From NCBI GenBank assembly GCA_030648205.1, contig JAUSIH010000046.1, forward strand, positions 1,370-65,369: 64,000 nucleotides of DNA. Reading direction: 5' to 3'. The stretch is from Dehalococcoidia bacterium. GTDB taxonomy: Bacteria > Chloroflexota > Dehalococcoidia > JAUSIH01. Below the pieces are notes generated by a model. It was not told the origin of the DNA and made no database searches. It was given only the letters and a program-made list of their open reading frames with translations. Positions within the stretch are counted from its first letter, which is position 1. Each line of letters begins with the position of its first letter. Position numbers and translations under genes: made by a program. Below, one piece after another: positions 44,309 through 54,730 of the stretch.

Positions 44309-45292
44309 TTACACGATCGCCCGGGGCGCTTCGGCAGCCGTGGGCTTCTTCCGGCCCTCTCGAATCGTGTAAACCTGGGCCGCCACCCCCAGCAGGAGGA
44401 CCGCTGCGAAGGTTACGTAGACCTGGGGCGTGAGCTCCAGCAGGTCCTTTTGCTTGTTCATCTGCGTGTGGATGAAGAGGAAGAGCGCCAGCGCAAAGGG
44501 AATCCCCCAGACAAGCAGGTTTCTTCGCATAATCTCCTGGCCGGTGCTCTTGGGCAATGGAAGGAGCTCGGCAAACACGCGCTGCACCGCCATTGCGAAG
44601 GCTACAAGGCACCAGTCCTGAATCCAGGAGGTTAAGCCCTGTGCCGTACGGAAGAATCCCTGCGCCCACTGCTGTTGGCTGACAATGGGCAAGACAAAGG
44701 CCACTCCCCACGCCGCCGTTCCCAGACCGGCGACTGACACCAGACTGACCACGTCGAGAGTCAGTTTCTGCTTCGACGTAGGTCCTTGTTCCGGCATCGC
44801 CAACCCGCCCAGCTTCCCGAGCATCAGTCCGGGAGTGAAAGAAAACAGTCGAGATATCGCGACGGAGACGAAAGCGACGGCTATCTGCCCCGGGTAGAGC
44901 GCGACTTTAGCGGCCATCTTCATTCGTCGCGCGGCGAATGAACGGATCCACGGCTCGTATAAAGCGAAAAAACCGGTGGTCAGGCTGAGAGTCAGGAAAA
45001 TCGTCAGCCCCCCGGGACCGAACAGGCCGGCGCCACTGGATAGGAACGAATAAAGAAGTCCGAAGAGAAACATCATCAGTACCGCGCGGGTGAAACGCGC
45101 ACCGGATATCCAGGATATTGCCCGGCCTTCCAGTCCTCTCCAGCCAGCTACTTGCACCACCGCCCGCGCGACGCGGTCCACGTGACCGACCAGGTGCGTT
45201 TCTCTCTTCTTGACGAAGGTATTGGCAAATCCTGAGAACACGCTGATCAGATATGTTATCAATGCCGCCAGGAACACATTGCTTCCCACCAC
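44309..45292 (-). CDS. polytopic integral membrane protein, function unknown
   Basis: 327 aa with ~8 hydrophobic segments and moderately lower GC. Confidence 0.5.
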   Translation of the reverse strand: MVGSNVFLAALITYLISVFSGFANTFVKKRETHLVGHVDRVARAVVQVAGWRGLEGRAISWISGARFTRAVLMMFLFGLLYSFLSSGAGLFGPGGLTIFLTLSLTTGFFALYEPWIRSFAARRMKMAAKVALYPGQIAVAFVSVAISRLFSFTPGLMLGKLGGLAMPEQGPTSKQKLTLDVVSLVSVAGLGTAAWGVAFVLPIVSQQQWAQGFFRTAQGLTSWIQDWCLVAFAMAVQRVFAELLPLPKSTGQEIMRRNLLVWGIPFALALFLFIHTQMNKQKDLLELTPQVYVTFAAVLLLGVAAQVYTIREGRKKPTAAEAPRAIV

Positions 45293-45424
45293 TTTCCAGT
45301 CCGTGGATACCTCTCGCGGCGTCGGGATAGTCTTGAAATACTCCGTGGTGTGGGGAAGGCTTGGCGGCGCCTCCGCAGGCTGGACGCCGCTGACACCCGT
45401 TTGTTGAGTGACAACGTCTGTTGC

Positions 45425-46642
45425 CTACGTGAAAGTCAGCCGCCCCGGCTCCGAGCTTACGGAAAGAAATGGCGGCGGCGTCTGACTACCGGCGCCCATG
45501 CGTTCAACAAGAGCCTGCGACACTTGGGCTGGGTTCACATCCAGCGGCATACCCCTGATGTCCAGGCGACCGTCCACCGCCGATACGGTTGCCACGACAG
45601 TCAGGTCCCCTGTCTCCACCTTCACGGCATTTCCCGCCAGGATGTGGATTTTCGTGCCGGGTGGGAACGGTGGCGGCAGATTGCTCCCGATATCGCGGTC
45701 CGTCAAGACGAACGTCTTGCTGCCGGGGACCGTTGTTTTGGCTTCGACGGCAGCGGCCGTCTGCGGCTGCGAAGGGCGGGAAGCGAAGGCGCGAAGCTGA
45801 GCAGTATCGCTGCGCTCGCCGACAAGATAGGGTATGTCGCCGGAGCGTACTTCGCGGAAGCCTATCACGCCCACACTGATTGGGCCCGACGCGCCGTCGA
45901 GACGCGGGAGGGTGGCCTCCAGGGAGGACAGGACGTTGAGGACCTCGGACGGCGTGGCCGCGCCAGACGCCAGGGCGGGTATGACCACGCCCTGGCGGGA
46001 AGCGAGTTGTGGGATGATCACGGGGGTCAGCGCGGGTCCGCTGGCGGAGACCATCGCAATACGGACGGTACCCTGGCTCACCTCGACACTCGTCTCTCCG
46101 TCATCGCGCACCGCCATGATGAAACTTGTGCTTCCACCGACGACGATCGTCGTCGGCGCCTTCAGCTCGAAGAGAGAATTCCTGGAAGAGGGTGGAGCGA
46201 CTTTGTTGATAACCTCTCCCCGCAGTACCCTGGCTTTCACAACAACGTTCACTTCGTCCGGAGGAGGGGGCGCCGACCCGCGGACCATCGCCAGCATGCG
46301 GGTGAGAACCGCGGGCTTGTTGAGGGTGCGCGTGGATTCCTCGAGGACCATGTCGACCGGGCCGGTAACGCGACTGACAGTTCCATCGGCGTAAAGGAGG
46401 AAAGCATCACCCCCGGCCGGAACGCGCAGCCTCGCGTCTGGGCTCAGCGATGCCAGACTCCCGACGATTTGCTCCTTCTGACCTCCAGGCGTCAGCACGG
46501 AGGCTTTCCCCTGGACGACTCGAAGTGTGGTGGGCACTTCCTCGCGGCTTTCTGTCGGCAGGAGTCCCCACAAGGCAATAATTCCGAGTACGACCGCGCT
46601 CAGGAGCAGGATGTCCGCCAGAGTTCCGACTACTCGTCGCAT
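45425..46642 (-). CDS. membrane-anchored hypothetical protein (single N-terminal TM; beta-rich, FecR-like extracytoplasmic region)
   Basis: N-terminal LADILLLSAVVLGIIALWGLL is followed by Val/Thr/Ser-rich repeats. The opposite-strand ORF is Arg-rich nonsense. Confidence 0.45.
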   Translation of the reverse strand: MRRVVGTLADILLLSAVVLGIIALWGLLPTESREEVPTTLRVVQGKASVLTPGGQKEQIVGSLASLSPDARLRVPAGGDAFLLYADGTVSRVTGPVDMVLEESTRTLNKPAVLTRMLAMVRGSAPPPPDEVNVVVKARVLRGEVINKVAPPSSRNSLFELKAPTTIVVGGSTSFIMAVRDDGETSVEVSQGTVRIAMVSASGPALTPVIIPQLASRQGVVIPALASGAATPSEVLNVLSSLEATLPRLDGASGPISVGVIGFREVRSGDIPYLVGERSDTAQLRAFASRPSQPQTAAAVEAKTTVPGSKTFVLTDRDIGSNLPPPFPPGTKIHILAGNAVKVETGDLTVVATVSAVDGRLDIRGMPLDVNPAQVSQALVERMGAGSQTPPPFLSVSSEPGRLTFT

Positions 46643-46824
46643 TGCCGCTTTCCTCCGACATAAACCACAAGAACGGGTAGGTCATACCACATCCCGCCGC
46701 GAACGTCAACTTTCGTGGGTTCTCTCGCAACTCATGGTACAGGTGCTCACGAGCGGACACGTCGCGGACCGAGTTGTCTCTCCCTCTTCTTCCGAGAGAG
46801 GGGTGGGGGAATGAGGCGTCCGCG

Positions 46825-47793
46825 CTAAATCCACCGCCTCCACCGGAAGTAGACCGTGATGCCGATGGCTACGACCGCCATGAAGCCCAGCACGCCGAAG
46901 TAGCCGAACGGCCACTCCAACTCCGGCATGTTTCGGAAGTTCATGCCGTAGATACTGGCGATCAGCGTGAGCGGCATGAAAATCGTAGCCACCGTGGACA
47001 GCACCTTCATAACTTCGTTGGAGGTGCTGGTCGCCGCCGACAGGTAAACGGCCAGAGCGCCCTCGGCCAGGCTGACCTGTGACTCGATGGTGCGCGCCGT
47101 GCGGGCCATGAGGTCGTGCACGTCCGCGAAGTACACCCGCGTCTCCGGACGGATGAAGAAGAGCGGTTCACGGGCGAAGCGGAGGAGGACGTCGCGCTGG
47201 GGCGAGGCGACGCGGCGCACGTGCAGGATGCTGCGCTTCACCTGCAGGATGCGCAGCAGGACGCGACGGTTTGGCCTGTCCAGGGCTTCACGTTCCAATA
47301 TGTCCAGTGTCTCCCCTAGCTTGTCCAGCACGGGCGTGTAGTTGCTGGCCATCTTGTCCAGAATGGCGTGAAGCAGGAAATCCAGCCCTTTGCCAAGGCG
47401 TTCCGGCTGTTCCTGGCAGCGCTCCCATGTCTCGGCGATGGAGGGGAGGGGGTCAAGGTGGAAGGTCAGCAGGTAGTTGGCGCCCACGTAGAAGTCCAGC
47501 TCCACGGTCTGGACCTGGTCCGCGGCGCCGTCCATGCGGATGCCATGCACTGCCGCGAAGATGTAACTGTCGTAGTCGTCAATCTTCGGGTACTGCACGA
47601 CGTTGTAGCAGTCCTCGATGGTCAGAGGATGGAACTGGAAGACCTCCTTGAGGATGCTTCCCTCCTCCGTGCTGGGACTGTCCAGGTCAACCCACAGAAG
47701 CCCTCGGCGGCTGGCGACGGCCTCCGCAATCTGCTGGGGCGTCAGGTCCCTGGTCAGCGCTCCTTGCTCGTCTCGGTACATGGAACGGATCAT
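46825..47793 (-). CDS. corA: magnesium/cobalt transporter CorA
   Basis: C-terminal YGMNFRNMPELEWPFGYF (GMN motif) plus two TM helices. The N-terminal cytoplasmic domain is typical of CorA. Confidence 0.9.
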   Translation of the reverse strand: MIRSMYRDEQGALTRDLTPQQIAEAVASRRGLLWVDLDSPSTEEGSILKEVFQFHPLTIEDCYNVVQYPKIDDYDSYIFAAVHGIRMDGAADQVQTVELDFYVGANYLLTFHLDPLPSIAETWERCQEQPERLGKGLDFLLHAILDKMASNYTPVLDKLGETLDILEREALDRPNRRVLLRILQVKRSILHVRRVASPQRDVLLRFAREPLFFIRPETRVYFADVHDLMARTARTIESQVSLAEGALAVYLSAATSTSNEVMKVLSTVATIFMPLTLIASIYGMNFRNMPELEWPFGYFGVLGFMAVVAIGITVYFRWRRWI

Positions 47794-47828
47794 CGTCGCG
47801 CGAACCTCCTGCGTGGCCGTTTCCCCTA

Positions 47829-48860
47829 TTGTACGCGCCTTTCCAAGCGGTGTTTACGCCCTACCTGGGGCCATGCTATGATGACCGTGAACACCTTCCC
47901 AAGGAGTCCGCTCTGTTCAAGCTGTTCCGCCGCTCCGAGAAGACCGAGCAGGGGATCAAAAAGACCCGCGACACGCTCTTTGGGCGTGTGCTGGGCCTGT
48001 TGAAGGGCTCCAGCATTGACGAGACGCTCTGGGACGAGTTGGAGGAGGCCCTGATAGCGGCTGACGTAGGGGCCGCCACGGCGGCGCGGCTCGTCCAGAA
48101 CGTGCGGGAGCGGGTGCGCCGCGAGGGCATCACCACCCCGGAGGGGGTGCGCGGCGCCCTCCAGTCCGAGGTGGTGGCGGCGCTGACCGTGCCGTACAAA
48201 GGCGCGCTGCGGCCCGCCGAGAACGGCGGTCAGGCGGTGCTGCCCAGGCCCCTGGTGGTCCTGGTGGTCGGCGTGAACGGCACAGGCAAAACGACCAGCA
48301 TCGCCAAGCTGGCGCGCTACTTCCATGACCAGGGCAAGTCGTTGGTGCTGGCCGCGGCGGATACGTTCCGCGCCGCCGCCATTGACCAGCTCAAAGTGTG
48401 GGGCGAGCGCGTCGAAGCGCCCGTCATCGCGCACCAGCCGGGCGCCGACCCCGGCGCCGTTGCTTTCGACGCGCTCCAGGCGGCCCGCAATCGCAACGCG
48501 GATGTGCTGCTCATTGATACGGCGGGCCGGTTGCACACCAAGACAAACCTCATGGAGGAGCTGAAGAAGATTCGCCGCGTGCTCGCGCGGCTGGACCCCG
48601 CCGCTCCCCACGAGGTGCTGCTGGTTTTGGATGCCACCACCGGCCAGAACGCGGTGGCGCAGGGGCGCGTGTTCGCCGAGGCGGTAGGTATCACGGGCCT
48701 TGTGCTGACCAAGCTGGACGGCACGGCGAAGGGAGGCGTGGTGATCCCACTTTGCCAGGAGTTGAAGGTGCCCATCCTGTTCATCGGCACGGGGGAGCAG
48801 GCGGACGACTTCGCGCCGTTTCAGCCGGCGGAGTTCGCCGCGGCCCTCTTTGCTCCGTAA
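47829..48860 (+). CDS. ftsY: signal recognition particle receptor FtsY
   Basis: NG domain with LVVGVNGTGKTTSIAKLA (G1), DTFRAAA, DTAGRLH and TKLDGTAKGG. The true start may be the non-canonical codon at 47877-47879 (..aaggagTCCGCT CTG TTC AAG..), which would give the typical M-LFKLFRRSEKTEQGIKKTR N-terminus. Confidence 0.85.
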   Translation: MYAPFQAVFTPYLGPCYDDREHLPKESALFKLFRRSEKTEQGIKKTRDTLFGRVLGLLKGSSIDETLWDELEEALIAADVGAATAARLVQNVRERVRREGITTPEGVRGALQSEVVAALTVPYKGALRPAENGGQAVLPRPLVVLVVGVNGTGKTTSIAKLARYFHDQGKSLVLAAADTFRAAAIDQLKVWGERVEAPVIAHQPGADPGAVAFDALQAARNRNADVLLIDTAGRLHTKTNLMEELKKIRRVLARLDPAAPHEVLLVLDATTGQNAVAQGRVFAEAVGITGLVLTKLDGTAKGGVVIPLCQELKVPILFIGTGEQADDFAPFQPAEFAAALFAP

Positions 48861-48905
48861 CTTGCACACAGGCAGAAGACGCGGCCCGCCAGTGAGCTTT
48901 CCGTC

Positions 48906-51272
48906 GTGACCTCCCTCGCAGTCTGGTGGCTTACCGCCCTGCTCCTGGGGCTTGCCGCCTTTCCGCTCGCCTTCGCCCTGTTCGCCCGCCTGCACGACCG
49001 AGGGTACGGGTTGTCCAAGGCGCTGTCCCTCCTCCTCGTCGGGTACGCGGTGTGGCTGATGGGCTACTCCGGCGTGCCCATGCTCCGTCTCACCATCGTC
49101 CTGATGGTGGGCGTCCTCGTCATGGCGGGCGGCTACGCGGCGTACCGGCAGAGGCGGGAGCTGCGCGCCTTTCTGACCGCCGAGTGGCCGTCGCTCCTGG
49201 CGATGGAGGGAGTCTTCCTCCTGACCTTCGCTCTGTGGGGCGCGGTGCGGTTCTACGATCCGCACATCAGCGGCACCGAGAAGCCCATGGACTTCGGCTT
49301 CATGAACGCGGCGCTCCGCAGCGAGCGCTTCCCGCCCCAGGACATGTGGCTGTCCGGCTTCTCCATCAGCTACTACTACTTCGGCTACGTCATCATGGCG
49401 ATGGTGACGCGGCTGACGGATGTGCCTTCCGCGGAGGGCTACAACCTCGCGCTGGCGCTCATACCGGCGCTGGTGGCCAGTGGGACGTGCGGCATCGTGT
49501 TCAGCCTGGTGCGCGGGAGCGGCGGCAGCCGGCGTCGCGCGATAGCCTTCGGCGCGCTGGGCGTCGTCCTTTTCATATTCATCAGCAACCTGGCCGGGGC
49601 GCTGGAGTTTGTGCGCGCTCGCGGTCTGGGCGCCGTGGAGTTCTGGCGCTGGATCGGCATCAAGGGGCTTGAGGTCCCCGCTGCAACCCCTTTGTGGGCG
49701 CCGCGCGACTTCTGGTGGTGGTGGCGCTCCACGCGGCTGATAGACACCGTGGCGAACGGCCAGAGCCTGGACTACACCATCACCGAGTTCCCGTCCTTCA
49801 GCTTCCTGCTCGGCGACATGCACCCGCACGTGATGGCGTTGCCCTTCGGGCTGCTCGTGGTGGGCCTTGCGCTGAATCTGCTGCGAGGTGGCATTGGACC
49901 CCGATGCATCGGGGCGGGCGAGGCGACGCTCAGTGTGGACGGGCTGGCGCGGCGGCCCTTCGTGCTGCTGGCGATGTGCCTGGCGATCGGCGCGATGGGC
50001 TTTCTGAATAGCTGGGACATGCCGGCTTACGGCGCCGTCTTCGCGATAGCCGCCCTGCTGCACGGCCACCTGCTCCGCGATACGCCGGGTGTGGCGCTGC
50101 CACGCATCATCGGGGGCGTGGCGCTGGTCTTTCTGGGGGCCATCGTCCTGTACCTGCCGTTCTATCTGCACTTCAGCAGCCAGGCGTCCGGCATTCTTCC
50201 TGTGCGCGGCCCGGGCACCCGGCTCCTGCATTACATGCTGTTCTGGGGCGTCCTTCTGTTCTTGGGCGCGAGCCTGCTTGCCCGACGCGCGTGGGAGGCG
50301 TGGCGCGAGAGGCCGGCCCCGTGGCGCGAGCTGCGGCTTTACCTGCTGGCCGCCTTCGGTCTCTTTCTCGTGTGGATTCCCGTGGAGTTCGTGCTGTCCG
50401 TGCTGGACAGCCGCACCAACTCGGGGATATGGGGCGCCATCCTCTCGCGTTTTATCAACGTCCTGCCCATGTCGCTGCTCGTGGCGGCGGGCATCTTCGC
50501 CCTCGTGCCCCGCACGGCGGGGCGGCGGGAGCGGCGCGACGACCTCTTTGCGCTGACGCTGGTCACTCTGGGTTTCGGCCTGACGCTTGTCCCGGAGCTG
50601 TTCTTCCTGAAGGACTTCTTCGGGTCGCGCATGAACACCATGTTCAAGGTGTACTATCAGGCCTGGGCGCTGCTGGCCGTCGGGTCGGCGTACGCGCTCC
50701 ACACGCTGACCGGGCCGCATGGCTTCCGCGGGCCCGCAACGAAATACGTGTGGACGGGCGCCGGCATCCTGCTGCTGGCGGCCAGTCTCTACTACCCGGC
50801 CACGGCCATTCCGGACAAAACGCGCAGCTTCAGCGGCGCGCCTACGCTGGACGGCATCGCCTTCGTCCGCGACCGGCAGCCCGCGGAGTACGAGGCCATC
50901 GCCTGGCTGCAGCGCAACGTCCAGGGCACGCCCGTCATCCTGGAGGCGGTGGGGGATGACTACACCGAGTTCGGACGCATCTCGGGGCGCACCGGCCTGC
51001 CGACTCTTCTGGCCTGGCCCGGCCATGAGCTTCAGTGGCGCGGGTCGGCGGCCCCGCAGACGGGTCGGCGTGAGGCCGTGGATGAGATTTACAAGACGCA
51101 GGACCCGGCGCGGGCGCGGGAGTTGCTGGCGCAATATAACGTGCAGTACGTTTACGTCGGCGCGCCGGAGCGCCGCGTGTACGGAGAAACAGGCCTCGCC
51201 AAGTTCGATACCTTCATGGACCGCGCATGGGAAAAAGACGAGGTGGTCATCTACCGTGCGCGAGGTAGATAG
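48906..51272 (+). CDS. Chlor_Arch_YYY / DUF2298 family large polytopic membrane protein (GT-C-like glycosyltransferase candidate)
   Basis: 788 aa with 20+ TM segments and a literal SISYYYFGY motif, the TIGR03662-type signature restricted to Chloroflexi and Archaea. A large C-terminal extracytoplasmic domain follows. Confidence 0.8.
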   Translation: MTSLAVWWLTALLLGLAAFPLAFALFARLHDRGYGLSKALSLLLVGYAVWLMGYSGVPMLRLTIVLMVGVLVMAGGYAAYRQRRELRAFLTAEWPSLLAMEGVFLLTFALWGAVRFYDPHISGTEKPMDFGFMNAALRSERFPPQDMWLSGFSISYYYFGYVIMAMVTRLTDVPSAEGYNLALALIPALVASGTCGIVFSLVRGSGGSRRRAIAFGALGVVLFIFISNLAGALEFVRARGLGAVEFWRWIGIKGLEVPAATPLWAPRDFWWWWRSTRLIDTVANGQSLDYTITEFPSFSFLLGDMHPHVMALPFGLLVVGLALNLLRGGIGPRCIGAGEATLSVDGLARRPFVLLAMCLAIGAMGFLNSWDMPAYGAVFAIAALLHGHLLRDTPGVALPRIIGGVALVFLGAIVLYLPFYLHFSSQASGILPVRGPGTRLLHYMLFWGVLLFLGASLLARRAWEAWRERPAPWRELRLYLLAAFGLFLVWIPVEFVLSVLDSRTNSGIWGAILSRFINVLPMSLLVAAGIFALVPRTAGRRERRDDLFALTLVTLGFGLTLVPELFFLKDFFGSRMNTMFKVYYQAWALLAVGSAYALHTLTGPHGFRGPATKYVWTGAGILLLAASLYYPATAIPDKTRSFSGAPTLDGIAFVRDRQPAEYEAIAWLQRNVQGTPVILEAVGDDYTEFGRISGRTGLPTLLAWPGHELQWRGSAAPQTGRREAVDEIYKTQDPARARELLAQYNVQYVYVGAPERRVYGETGLAKFDTFMDRAWEKDEVVIYRARGR

Positions 51273-51352
51273 CGCGGTTTGCCCCGATTCTCGGGGCTTT
51301 TCTGATATGATATGCTCGCCATCCTAACGAACCGCATGGTGGTGCGTCCCTC

Positions 51353-53542
51353 ATGGCCAAAATAGTCAGTCGGCCCTTGGAGATAGCCGAACGGGCGCGG
51401 CAGCGTCAGCAAGCGCCGCCTGCGCCCCTGCCCGCCGCGATGCCCCTGCTCCGATGGGAATTGGTCCTGTACGTCGCGTTGCTGGCGGTGGCCGCGGGCA
51501 TGCGCTTTTGGGACCTGGGCAGCCGCGCCTACCACCACGACGAGAGCCTTCACGCCGTCTATAGCTGGTATCTCTACGTGGGCCGGGGCTACGAGCACAA
51601 CCCCATGATGCACGGCCCCTTCCAGTTCATCGCCAACACGCTGGTCTTCACGCTCTTCGGCGCGAGCGACTACACCGGACGTATCTTCTACGCCCTTTTC
51701 GGCACCGCGCTCGTCGGCATGGCCTTCTTCCTGCGGTCCTACCTGGGCCGCGCCGGCGCGTTGTGCGCCGCGGGACTGCTGGCTCTCTCGCCGACGCTGC
51801 TGTACTTCAGCCGGTTCGCGCGCAACGACATTCTGATAGCTGTGTGGACGCTCGGACTGGTCATCTGCATGTGGCGGTACATGGATGAGCGGCGCACGGG
51901 CTACCTGTACGGATTTGCCGCCATCCTTGCCCTGAGCTTCAGCACGCAAGAGAACACGTACCTCCACGCAGTCATGCTGGGGCTGTTCCTGGGGATTGTG
52001 TCGCTGGCGCAGCTTCTGGCGACGGTCCGGCGCGTGGGCGTCGGCGGGCTGGTCCGTATCCACAAGCGCTTCGGCCTCCGGCGGCTGTCGCCCCCCGCGA
52101 CGTTGCTGGTGTTGCTCGTGACGCTGACCCTGCCGTTGTGGGCCGCGGGCGTGAGCGTTCTCCAGAAGCCGTTAGGGCTCGTCCTGGCGAGCGACGCGTT
52201 CAACGTCGGCCCCATCGGTCTTCCCGATGGTCGTGGAGTGGCCGTGGCCCTGGTCGCCACCGGCTTGGCGCTGGTCCTGGGGGCCTACGCGGGCACCCTC
52301 TGGCACAGGCGCCGGTGGTTCATCTGCGCCGGCATCTACTGGGCCATCTTTGTCACACTCTTCAGCACCGTGTTCACCTACCCGACCGGCGTCGCGACGG
52401 GCGTCTGGCAGTCGCTGGGGTACTGGCTGGTGCAGCAGGATGTGGCCCGCGGCGGACAGCCCTGGTACTACTACTTCGTCCTCCTGCCCATCTACGAGTT
52501 CCTGCCTTTCCTCTTCGCGCTGGCGGGGATGGTGTACTACTGGTTCAAGGGAGACGCCTTTAGCTGGTTCCTGACATTCTGGATTATCGTTGCTTTTGCG
52601 CTCTACGCGTGGGCCGCGGAGAAGATGCCCTGGATTTCGGTGCACCTGGCGTTGCCTCTGGCCCTGATGGCGGGCAAGCTCCTGGGCGACGTGGCGGAGC
52701 GCATCCCCTGGCGGCGCGCGGCCTCCACTGGCGCGGCGTGGCTCCTCGTGCTGCTGCCCCTCGCGCTTGTCGCCCTCGGCTCTATCGTCGCAATCCGCCA
52801 GTGGTCCCCCGACCTCAACGTAGTGCTGCGGAACACTCTGCCGTACGTGGCGCTGACTGTCCTGGCGTACCTGGGCTACAGAATCGTCGAGCGGGCGGGC
52901 CGCAAGCTGGCCGGGCAGGTGGTGGTCATAGGGCTGGCGGGCGTGCTCGCGGTCTTTTCTGTGCGGGCGGCGGTCCAGGTCAGCTACAAGAACGGCGACG
53001 TGCCGGTGGAGATGCTGGTGTACACGCAGACGTCGCCGGACGTGCCCAAGCTCATGCGCGACATTGAGCGTGTGGCATGGGCTACGGGCGAGGGCAAGGA
53101 CATGCGCATCACGGTTGACGGCTCGGACGGCTACGTGTGGCCGTGGGCCTGGTACCTGCGCGACTACAAGAATGTGGCCTACCAGGACCTGGCGCCGGGC
53201 GTGGAGCCTCAGGGCAGGGTGGTGCTGGCGAACGCATCCAACGAGTCCCGCATGCAGCCTTACCTGGACAAATTCCGGCGCGGGCAGCGCTACAGCCTCC
53301 GGTGGTGGTTCCCGGAGGACTACCGTGGCCTCACTCCGGAGCGACTGTGGACGGAGTTCGCCGACAAGGACAAGTTCATGGACATGTGGCGCTACTGGAT
53401 GTTCCGCGATTTGAAGAGCAAGCTCGGCTCGGCGGACGCCGTCGCCTACTTCGCCAAAGATGTGCCCGGCCTTGCGCTGGCGCCTTCGGACGCGCCCTCC
53501 GAGCGTGCCTTCGCCCACCTGAACGCGGGCGTCAGTCCGTAG
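51353..53542 (+). CDS. TIGR03663-type membrane protein, the usual partner of Chlor_Arch_YYY (ArnT/PMT-like GT-C glycosyltransferase candidate)
   Basis: 729 aa with the N-terminal RFWDLGSRAYHHDESLHA (the DE motif region of GT-C enzymes) and many TM segments. It lies immediately downstream of the YYY gene. Confidence 0.7.
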   Translation: MAKIVSRPLEIAERARQRQQAPPAPLPAAMPLLRWELVLYVALLAVAAGMRFWDLGSRAYHHDESLHAVYSWYLYVGRGYEHNPMMHGPFQFIANTLVFTLFGASDYTGRIFYALFGTALVGMAFFLRSYLGRAGALCAAGLLALSPTLLYFSRFARNDILIAVWTLGLVICMWRYMDERRTGYLYGFAAILALSFSTQENTYLHAVMLGLFLGIVSLAQLLATVRRVGVGGLVRIHKRFGLRRLSPPATLLVLLVTLTLPLWAAGVSVLQKPLGLVLASDAFNVGPIGLPDGRGVAVALVATGLALVLGAYAGTLWHRRRWFICAGIYWAIFVTLFSTVFTYPTGVATGVWQSLGYWLVQQDVARGGQPWYYYFVLLPIYEFLPFLFALAGMVYYWFKGDAFSWFLTFWIIVAFALYAWAAEKMPWISVHLALPLALMAGKLLGDVAERIPWRRAASTGAAWLLVLLPLALVALGSIVAIRQWSPDLNVVLRNTLPYVALTVLAYLGYRIVERAGRKLAGQVVVIGLAGVLAVFSVRAAVQVSYKNGDVPVEMLVYTQTSPDVPKLMRDIERVAWATGEGKDMRITVDGSDGYVWPWAWYLRDYKNVAYQDLAPGVEPQGRVVLANASNESRMQPYLDKFRRGQRYSLRWWFPEDYRGLTPERLWTEFADKDKFMDMWRYWMFRDLKSKLGSADAVAYFAKDVPGLALAPSDAPSERAFAHLNAGVSP

Positions 53543-53638
53543 GCGCGGCCTGGTGTTGCGCCGCCTTCTCCCGCTCAACTATACTGGGCTGCTGGCCCTG
53601 CCCCGATGGATCGGGGCGGTCTCTAGGGAGTTGGCCTT

Positions 53639-54730
53639 TTGCTGAAGCAGCGTCGTTTCTGGCTCGGCCTGGTGGTCAGCCTCGCCTTCCTCTACCTTTT
53701 CCTCCAACGCGTGGACTTCGCGGCCACAGGCCGGGCGCTGGCCCAGGCCAGCTACATCTATCTCATCCCCGCGGTGGCTGTGTACTTTGGCGCGGTATGG
53801 TTCCGCGCGCTGCGCTGGCGCTTCCTGCTGCAACCGCTGAAAGAAACCTCGACGCGCCGCCTGTACCCCGTAGTGGTCATCGGCTACATGGCGAACAACC
53901 TGCTGCCCGTCCGGCTGGGCGAGCTTGTGCGGGCGTACTTTTTGGGTACGAAGGAGAACATCAGCAAGACGGCGGCCCTAGCGACCATCGCGGTGGAGCG
54001 CGTCTTTGACGGCATCGTGTTGCTGTTCTTCCTGGCGGCCGTAACGCCGTTCATCTCCCTGGGGAGCTTTCTGAACGCCTTCGCCGGTGGAAGTGGGATT
54101 CCGGCGGGATGGTTCGTGGCGCTCCTGGTCGCCCCCTTCGCGGTCGTGCTGACGGCGCTTCTGGTGGTGGCCGCGTCGCCGAAGGTGCGCCAGAAACTGG
54201 TCGGCCTGGCGCGACGGTTGCCCGCGCGCGTGGCGGACCGGGCGGCGGGGCTGGTGGACCTGTTCATCGCGGGGCTGGCGGTCCTCCGCAGCCCGTGGCG
54301 GCTTTTGGGCATCTTTGTCCTGTCGCTGCCGGTCTGGCTGGCGGAGGCGGCCATGTACCTGTTGATTGGGTACTCCTTCGGGCTGGAGGCGTCGCTGGGC
54401 TATCCGCTGGCCCTGGTCGTCTTCCTGCTGGTGACAGCGGCGGCGAACTTGGCGCTCATCGTGCCGTCGTCACAGGGGGGCGTCGGGCCGTTCGAGTGGG
54501 CGACGAAGACCGCTCTGGTCTTCTTCGGCGTGGCGGACGCCTCCGCGACGGCGTACGCCATCGTGCTGCACGCGGCGCTGCTTATCCCGGTCATCGCGAT
54601 GGGCCTTCTGTTCCTGTGGACGGAGAATCTCTCCCTGGCGGATTTAACCCGCGAGCGCCTGACACTCAAAGGCGCGCAGTCTCAGGCGGCCCTTCCACGG
54701 AAAGACGCGCCGGATGAGGTGCAGCCGTGA
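53639..54730 (+). CDS. flippase-like / lysylphosphatidylglycerol-synthase-TM-region (UPF0104) family membrane protein
   Basis: 8 TM segments with RALRWRFLL and a GYMANNLLPVRLGELVRAYFL signature. Confidence 0.75.
   Translation: MLKQRRFWLGLVVSLAFLYLFLQRVDFAATGRALAQASYIYLIPAVAVYFGAVWFRALRWRFLLQPLKETSTRRLYPVVVIGYMANNLLPVRLGELVRAYFLGTKENISKTAALATIAVERVFDGIVLLFFLAAVTPFISLGSFLNAFAGGSGIPAGWFVALLVAPFAVVLTALLVVAASPKVRQKLVGLARRLPARVADRAAGLVDLFIAGLAVLRSPWRLLGIFVLSLPVWLAEAAMYLLIGYSFGLEASLGYPLALVVFLLVTAAANLALIVPSSQGGVGPFEWATKTALVFFGVADASATAYAIVLHAALLIPVIAMGLLFLWTENLSLADLTRERLTLKGAQSQAALPRKDAPDEVQP

Noticed and set aside
47826-51134. 1102-aa minus-strand ORF
   Set aside because: It is antisense to ftsY and the Chlor_Arch_YYY gene. 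The translation is Arg/Gly/Pro-rich junk with no motifs, whereas the + strand gives clear FtsY and YYY-family signatures.
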